A stretch of DNA of 64,000 nt from Bugula neritina (lineage: Eukaryota > Animalia > Bryozoa): positions 2,367,628 through 2,431,627 of the forward strand of contig OZ037771.1 of assembly GCA_964035545.1 (NCBI GenBank). Direction: 5' to 3'. Under the pieces are notes generated by a model. It saw only the letters and a list, made by a program, of their open reading frames with translations, was not told where the DNA came from and ran no database searches. Positions 54,501-63,500 of this stretch are shown here, piece after piece (the first letter of the stretch is position 1; the number at the start of each line of letters is the position of its first letter). The translations under genes and the position numbers were made by a program.

Positions 54501-57500
54501 GCAGTTTTCTGGCTTGCTGGGCCAGGTAATTGTTTGCTCCAAATTCTATGGCTGTTCCATCGATGGTCTAGCTTTTCGTGCTAATGTCAATAACTAGACC
54601 CTCTTTAGTCACAAGAAAACTTCCGTGTCCTTATTCAAGGATCATACTAATTTGTTCAAATCTTTATGATTACTACGCTTCATACAGACATTTGTTGCTT
54701 CTGGGTGGAGTTCTTCTTCATCTATACCCAAGACTGTTTCTACCCTTTCAGTAATGACCTCCTGAACTTTCTTTTGTTTTCTTTTCCTATAGCTTACTTT
54801 ACTGGATGGGCTAATTTTGCAACTTTCAAGGGAGAAGCTTCCAATTCTGTCATTCCAGTGTTTAGTGTCTGTGCTTCCTTCTCAACTTCAAGAAATGCAT
54901 CACTTTTAGTTTCCTGAGAGTATTCTGAGAGCTCAGCTTTTTTTAAAGCAATTAATATTGCACAGTTTTTCTCAGTTTCTACAGTTCAAAAAAGTAGAAT
55001 TATACCAGGAGAGCCCCAAAAATTAGCCCTTCCAGTAAAGTGAACTATGGGGAAAAAACAGAATCAAGTGGAGGAGGTCATTGCTAAGAAGGTTGCCACA
55101 GTTGCAAGTATAGAGGGAGAGGAACTCCACCCAGAAGCAACAAATGCCTGTATAAAGCCTATTAATCAAAGATTTGAACATATTAATATGTTCCTTGAAT
55201 AAGGTGAAAGTATCTTTGGGACAAAAGAAGGTCCAGTTAGTGACATTGGCACCAGAAAGCTGGACCATTGACAAGACATCTATAGAATTTGGAGTAAACA
55301 ATTATCATTGTGTTTTAAGTTAGAGAAATAAATATTTATTATAGTAGCAGACTGAAGGAATAGCAACATAAAAAAAGGTTAACTCATGAGTTACAAGTTG
55401 CCAGTACAAGCGTGAAATGCAAGTCTGGATAAGAGAAAAACTGCTGGGTCTTTATAGTCGTAAAAAAGTTAGCTTTTGTGTATTAGCTATAATGAAAATG
55501 GAAAAGCATAATATAGCTGAGATGATATGTGAAAAGCTATCATGTATTAGGGAAAAACTTTTTCAGCTTATGTAAAAACCCAACAATTACCTTGCACAGC
55601 AAGCCAGAAGACTGCAAAAGGAATTCTGTCTGAACCAGATATCAAAGTTGGAAGACCATTGTTTCCAGTTATGAAAAAGAGAGTTGTAAATTTTTTCAGG
55701 ATGAACATTGGACATGACATGAGGCCAATTACTTAACCAGTACTGACCAAATTAGGGCGAGGTTAGGGCCATTCTGCTATATTTAGGCACATCTGTTTTA
55801 AAAGACACAATTATTTCCGGTATGTACTAAACACCACCGTCATTCAATTAATTAGGCGTATTGTGTTCAGGGCCATGGTGTTATATTTGGGCATGTTTTT
55901 TAAGCCACCCTTGCTTCAGCTACTTAGTGTACTTGATTCCAACAAAATTTCAGCTGTTTCACACCATTCACTCACAGAAATAACAATTGCTACCTGAAAC
56001 TTAATGGGAATATCATATAATGCATATCGGCAGAATTTTTCTTACGCTATTACACACAAATAAGATTTTATTGTAATCTTCAGTAGATTTGACATATATA
56101 GGAAACATATATGTATCTACTTGATATTTTGAACAAAATGAATGATAAAAAATGTATGATCTCAACATATTATATTGAAAAATTGCATTTTGCCGATTTT
56201 CGTAAACATACCATTTTTCCGTGCGATTTACTTTAAGTTTGGACAATATAAGGACATTTAAATTTATGAATCTACAAAATAAACTAAATGACGTTACAGA
56301 AAATGCTTGTTTAAAAAATATTAACATATTCAAACATCGGGTTACATCCTTGTGAAGTTGGACGAATTTTCACATTTTCTTCACTTTGGGTGTCTATATC
56401 TCGGAAAATATTATTTTCAAAATTACACAAATTAAGGAGTATAAAGTCACCATAATCAACTATTTATGGATAAAAATTTATGGAAGTAAAATAAAAATTA
56501 ACGCCTTTTGTGATGTGGCAAATATTCGAAATTTTTCAAAATTCACAAAAATTTGCCAATATTCAATGGCTTAGCATATATGCACACAAAGTATTCTGCA
56601 ATTTGTGTTACTACTAGTGCAAACTGATAGGTTTTTATCAAATCACACACCAAATTTTAAAGCTCAGTCTAAAAAAATGATTGAGATATGGACGTTTACA
56701 AATTGGTCTAAAAGTAAAAATCGCAAATTTTCCTCAAAATTTTTCCCAACCTTTGTTCATGAAAATAGTCATTTCTCAAAAAGTTTTTGTGTCAGGCCAG
56801 AAATATTTAAGAATAGTACTCAAGACATGTGTAGGTCCATTTGGTGTAAATATGAACAAAATCTGAGACGCAAAGGCGTGGGCCATCGGTTGAGTTGACG
56901 TGGAATGACCCACATGTATGTTTATAACAAATTAACCTGTAATACATTTTGTCAAACTATGATTATAAATATTTTTATACTTCATACAAGAACTTTTTAT
57001 CCGAAACATGAAAATTTGAACATGCTCTTTGGTAATTCGATTAACCGCTACACGTTAAATTCTTTTAATTAAACTTCTAAATGTTGCAAACTTTAATCGA
57101 ATTTACATTAACAATTCATATCAGCTCTGTTATTAACTCCCACCTCTCTGCACAAAAAATTAAAATGAACCAAATTTTCACTCTGCAATGAGCCGTCAAA
57201 CTATCTTGTTTTAGAGTAAAGCTACCACCTTTGATAACGTCTGCTGATGAGTAAGACCCTACCACTCCTTAATACCTTTCCTATTTTCCTAATAGCTGCT
57301 TGCTTTACAGCTCTTACTAACATCTGAGACACACTTCCAAAATATCTGGTACATCTCTTTAAATTTTGGAGTTATCATTTCTGAGCTTGTATTGTAAATA
57401 CTATGGAATTGAATATAAATCATAACTACATGCACTTACAGTGTAATGTTACACTCTGCCATAACAAAATGGTGGTATTTTTTTAATTAGTTTGTGCTAA

Positions 57501-60500
57501 AGTGATTTGCATTGGTTATGTTGTGAGTAAACATTTTTCATGCTGCAAAAGCTCTTAGGATTATATGAGGAAGAATACAAACCAACACACCTCTGAAGCT
57601 TAACTTACATCTCCAACTGAATACTGAATGTGGATTGTGTCTCAGATGTTTCTAGCACCAATTAAGCTCATATGTTTAAGCTGCTTGGTTATGGTTAGAA
57701 ATACTAACAATAAAGCTACAATATGTGAAATATATTCAACAGCTTTAAAATGATTTAGTAAAAGTTTGAAAATTTATTATGATTTTAATATAATTTTATG
57801 CCTATCATTCAAAATGCCAAATGTGCTCGTAGATACTGTATTTTAGTATTTAAATATATTATTTCGTATTATCTTCAAAAGATTGTGTAGAAGAGGTAGA
57901 AAGCTAACATAAATGTTGTGCTTACTAGCTTTGCAAAATTACCCTAGACTAACTCAGCTATAGCACGCCTGCTCACACCTGCCTCCACTTGCCTTTTAAA
58001 GTATTGTTGGCACTTCGTTATTGGTTTGATATTTAAAATAATGATAAGGATCTCAGGGTTTTGGTTGTCTGGTAAAGGGATACCTACGCTAAAAGTTGTT
58101 GTGCTGATGTAGTATACAGTTTCAGGTTGTTTGCAGGGTGACTAGCTGTATATATTTTGTAGGAAAACTCTAAATCGTGCCAAAATTTATTGATTAATGT
58201 AGCAATTGGCTTTTTGATTGCTATAATAATATGTTAATTGGGATTGATACATTACTATATTAATTTGTGCATTGATTGATTGACATATTGTGTGATTAAT
58301 TATTGACTGATGCATTGCTCTTGAGATGGCGTTATCAGGAGGTAGTGGTGTCCACATTTATTCTCTTATATTTGTATTAAAAAATATTTGCCTGTAGTGA
58401 AGCAGGCTTTGAAAGTTCTTATTGCCTATTTTAAATCTGATGTAGTTACAATTGGTTTTAACTAATTATGGTCATATCCCTAAATTTTATCAAGTTTCTA
58501 AATCCTGTTGAACACCTTAAATAAACCTATCCTACATTAGAAGGAAGAAAACTCAAATTTGAGAAAAAGTTTTAATATAAAAGACTAAACTTTTATATAA
58601 TAATAATATATAGAAGTAACAAGTAACTGCATGGAGTACATAACTCTTGTTGTGTTCCAGTGAGCCAGTCAACATACATGACATGCACGGTTCTCTCCAC
58701 TACTACTTTGACGCTGTCATGCCCAGTCTCCAGGTACAGTCTAGACATGCTGTCTTCCAGTGCAATAGTTTCCATTCTGTGCTGTAAACATAGCATGATA
58801 TAAAATTGTCTTCATTCGTTCAAGCGCCAATTTTTTCAATTCGTGAGTTTTAATAGTAATAATTCAAGGTTCCAGTTGCTCAACTTTTTAGTTATTCAGT
58901 GTTCTTCAGTTTTCGTTGAATTATGTTAGAGAAATTAATAGAAATTAACTTATTGGTGCAAACCTTCAATTGTAAATCTGTTCAACTTTAATGGTACATG
59001 AAAAAAGCATCTTCTACTGATTTCTCACACCTGAGTTGTCACAATAATTTTTTTATTTCCCAAAACTTTCTTTCTCGTAGGTTTTCTTCAGATCTTACTA
59101 CCAACCGAATTCTGATGAATTTCCTGACGAAGCTGGCACGGTAGATCAACTTGCTAATAAGTTTATGGTAAGATGTACTTTTAATATGTACAGATAGGAG
59201 TTATCTCCCAGTTAATGTCAATAGTGTGTATGTAGTACTCATGCACACTGAGTGTAATTATACCAAACTGATGCCTCTGTAGTATTGGCCACAATGAAAT
59301 CTTTCAGCAACAATATTTTTACTTCAATTAATCATTATTTCATAACACTCTGTAAATATGAAATGTTAATATTCAAAAGTTTTCAAGTTTTTTTCAGCAA
59401 GTTTAATATGGTTTTTTAACAGACTGTCTAAACTGAATCAGGATAGCCTTTTGGTTTTCTAACTTTCCAACTAATCAATCTCAAATCAGCTCCATCGCTA
59501 TGTTTTTAACTTTTCTTCCTATAAATTTACTTTAAGCCAATGTTTAGCAAACATGTTTAACAATACATACTGGCAGTGGTATCTTTGATGTAAGAGGCAT
59601 AACATAAGCTCACGTGAAAAGCAAAGTCAAATTAATAAAACATTTGTGTGGTGTAACCTTCTATGTCGGTATGTGTGTTTTTACAGAAATTTGTTGATCA
59701 TGTGGGCGGGATCATCTCCGATGATCTTCAACTAAAAACGATGGTGACATGCGTAAGCTCCATCTTGTCATCCTCTAACGTTTCAGTCAAGGTAACTCTT
59801 TTCAAACTTTATGCTTTAAATCTTTTTCAAATAATATTAACTCTAGAGTAAGCCAATTTCTGAGCTCATTGCAAACACAGTTTAAATGACACTCTTGCAT
59901 ATCTAAGTAAAGTAGGCGAGAGTAAAGTGACGGAGAAATTGGGAAAAGCCCGTGTTCTGTATGACAAAAATATCACAAAAGCAGTTATGTTTTCGTGAGA
60001 TTTTCAACCTGTACCTTGAACCAAATTTCAAAAAGGAGTTGGAAAGCGTAATATATTAAAATTTCTTTGTGACTGCATCTACAACTTTCACTTCTTGGGA
60101 ATGACCTGTAATGTATATGTGATGCATGGCTGTTGCTTTATTGAGAAGGAAGAGAACCAATCACATACGATGCAGGTGACGGGTCAATGTCGTGTCGTGG
60201 TTTTATAAACTCTAAACTTTCTTAATAGGATGTGGTATATTTCACCTATATATTGTATCTTTCTAGTCTTTTCAAGTTTTAAAATATTGTGTACAGCATA
60301 ACTTCTTCATATTCTAAATTCCAAACTAACTTCTTGTAAGCCATGTTGGTGCCAAATAGCACATAAAAACCGTATCAAGCTGTCGCGTTAAACTGCTTTA
60401 CATATTGTAGCCTTCGATAATTAATATTTTGCTATTCTTTTCTGAATACAGAATAAGGTAAGAAATGTTTTTCAAAATAAAAAAACAGCAAAATTATGTC

Positions 60501-63500
60501 AATGATACATCCTTAATAAGCTATCATCAAACAGAATGACAAAAGTAAGTCCATGTGTCTATAAAGAATTATAATTAAAGTCGCTCTTTGAATTATGCTA
60601 GTAAATAATTAATAATTTAATAAATGTACAAAAAAGAATTAAAGTTAAATCTATATATTTAGTTCTAGAACTTTGCTACATATTTACTCTGTTGTTATTC
60701 TCCACATACTTCCTGTTCGCAGGTGATGGAGGAGTTCCAGGAGAAGTATGGACATTCAGGGGCCGAGGCTGTCTCCAGCGATGCCAGAAAAGTACGTCAG
60801 ATAATTTACCATAACTTGATGATTTGTCAAAAAAGTTGTAGACCAATATCAATATAGTAGATATGAAAATAATCAATAGTCAATATCAGTATAGTCAATA
60901 GTCAATATCAGTATAGTCAATAGTCAATATTGGTATAATCAATATCAGTATAGTCAATAGTCAATATCAGTATAGTCAATAGTCAATATCGGTATAGTCA
61001 ATATGAAGATAGTCAATAGTCAAAGTCCATATAGTCAATTTATTATCAGTGAATTTTTTTGTCCATTTAGAATTATGTAACAGAGTTTTCGGCGGAAGAG
61101 GAACTGAATGACCAGTTGAATGTTTTTGCCGAGAACTACGCTTATGTGTATGGAGGAAAGAATGACATCAAAAGTCAGACGGGTTTTGATAGTCATGCAG
61201 GTAATACATATTATGTAGCATTATTGATATTTTGTACAGTCATATTAGTGCATCCAGTAGACATTATTAGAGTTTACTTCAACGCTGGTACCTGTAATGT
61301 CTTGTGTAGAATACACTGAGCTGGGTGGTAACGAGGAGCTACCCTTAGGCAAGGAGTTTCAGGACCACATGGGTGCTTTTATCAAAGAGTCTGCATCAAC
61401 ACATGCTGAAAAATACTTCATGGCTAAAAAGCTGATTGACCAATTGGCGTAAGTTTGAGATTCACTTCCATTTCCATACTTTCTAAATATTGAACATTTC
61501 ACTTTTGTTTTAGGCATTTCACTTTCTAAATAACTTTTTATTTATACCATAGCGTTTCCTCGAATTTGAGATTGACCAATGAGAGAGACCGGTTATCTCA
61601 GAATGACCTTGACATAAAATGCTTTCAACTTCTGAGAGGTTTGATTCACAATGAGATCATCAAACTTCCCGCTGAGTCAGAGGAGAATGCCAGACATACG
61701 AAAAGGTACGAAACATGTACCCAGCATACACTAACATTGTTTGAATATCTCAACATCATCCGTTAATTATAATTGTAATGAGTATTTGTTCTAGCTTTAA
61801 CTTTGCCATGTAACACCCTTGATACTTTCTAATGTTTATCCTCACTCAGAGCTTAGCCTATGTTTATGTAACACTTTATGGGTGGGGTTCCTCACTTCCC
61901 ATCCTTTTTGTGTACCTTAAAAACGAGTTGAAATATTTTATATACACAAGAATTAGTTAAATTCTTCTCAGGCAAATAATACATCAGAAGCAAGTTGCTT
62001 TTATGGAAGAAAGTTATGAAGACACTTTTAGCATTTCTAATAAATCGCTTAGCCACAGATTCTGTATCAAACTCACAAGCTATAGCCTTGGATCTAGAAG
62101 TTTTTGCACTCCATCATTCCTTTTATCAGTGCCTGCAGTTATTCTGGAGTTTTTATTTTTATGAAAAGCTAGCAACGTTCTACTTATAACTTTTTAAACT
62201 GATTCTAAACTATTATAGTGGCTCCGTGCTGCCTGCCTCTAAAGTCCGACGGTAAGAAATTAGTCTGAGAATTGAACATCACAGTGATTCATGTATACAC
62301 ACAAGAAATAATTTCTCACTTAATTGAAATTCCATGTTTAGATTGCTGCTCAGTTGCAAATTTATTCACACTGATTATCCTTCAATCAGACAATAATAAT
62401 CTTTGCATCATTCTTATATTAAATTATTATTTGATGATTCTTGCTTTGGAATCCTTATATTTTAGCCCACAATTAGTTGCCAAATATTGTTATTAGTTTC
62501 CAATACCCACCTATTTGTTCCGGGTTAACAATCGCCAGTAGATGCAACTTTACCATGCCATCCGCATTATTATTTTCAAAAATTCCCTTTTCAGTTCTTA
62601 TCTAACAAAAATAGGTGCAATATTTATTATTTATTTGCTTCTTAGAATTAAAAATTATATTGTTTTATTGTTGTATTATGCTAACATTTAAACTTTTTTC
62701 ACTCATTTAAACTTTTAAATTTACATATATATTTTTTTCTTTTTTTTTTATAAAAAGCTTTAAAGTTGAGCATATTAGTGCCCATGATGACTAGTGTTCT
62801 ATTTTATATATATAGGCACTTGGGTTTTGCTGCAAAATAATGGAAGGATTCAATCTCCTCTACGAATAAAGTTTAAACCTTAACTTATTTAGAAATGCTT
62901 AATCTAAAATTCAAGATGTTCTCTAAAAGCTATTACTAAAAAAAAATTGCCACGGTTTCTCATAAATAAGCTTACAGTATGAATATAGGAAATAATAATA
63001 ATTTTACAATGAATAAAATTGAAAATTCATCACTCATTCCTATAAGTACTTTGCTTATTTGTTTACTAATGTATACAGTAATTTATTGGCATTTAGAAAA
63101 CAAAAAGATATTTAAAGAAACTGATGAACTCTTTGATTTCAAGTCTTTTCTGAAAGTTATGCTAAAGGCTCTGTTGGTAAAATATCTTTATATATGTATT
63201 ACTATCATCTATGGAATATGACTTTCACGTTTTATTGTTTTATTATAGACAACTTCAGCACATAGCCGACGTGCAGAAGGTTCTGGAAGACCACAATGCA
63301 ATACTCAAAGTTCTGCCTCATCTCTCTAAAAATCAAGACAAATTAATCAGAGAGATTCTGGCATTTATGGCAGCCATGTTGCATGGAGGAAACGAGCAAG
63401 TGAGTCATCCCATTCAGTTGTTACTCAATTCTTAGATGCCTATATTGTAATGGAATGTAAATTTATGGGATAAGTTGTAAACAAGAATTTTCTTACTGGT

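Larger units (their letters stand above)
53209..56911. mobile_element. Non-autonomous foldback DNA transposon, Sola2-like
   Basis: Termini GGGTCATTCC...GGAATGACCC; 4-bp TSD ACAT (53205-53208, 56912-56915); inverted arms about 53209-54819 and 55017-56911; decayed transposase-like frames in both arms. GRG termini, 4-bp TSD and very long TIRs are Sola2 hallmarks; family assigned from recall, not a search. Confidence 0.8.

Noticed and set aside
53222-56898. Paired short ORFs (53222/56605, 53554/56386, 53795/56013)
   Set aside because: Mirror-image chance ORFs from the inverted arms; AT-rich with no recognisable domain.
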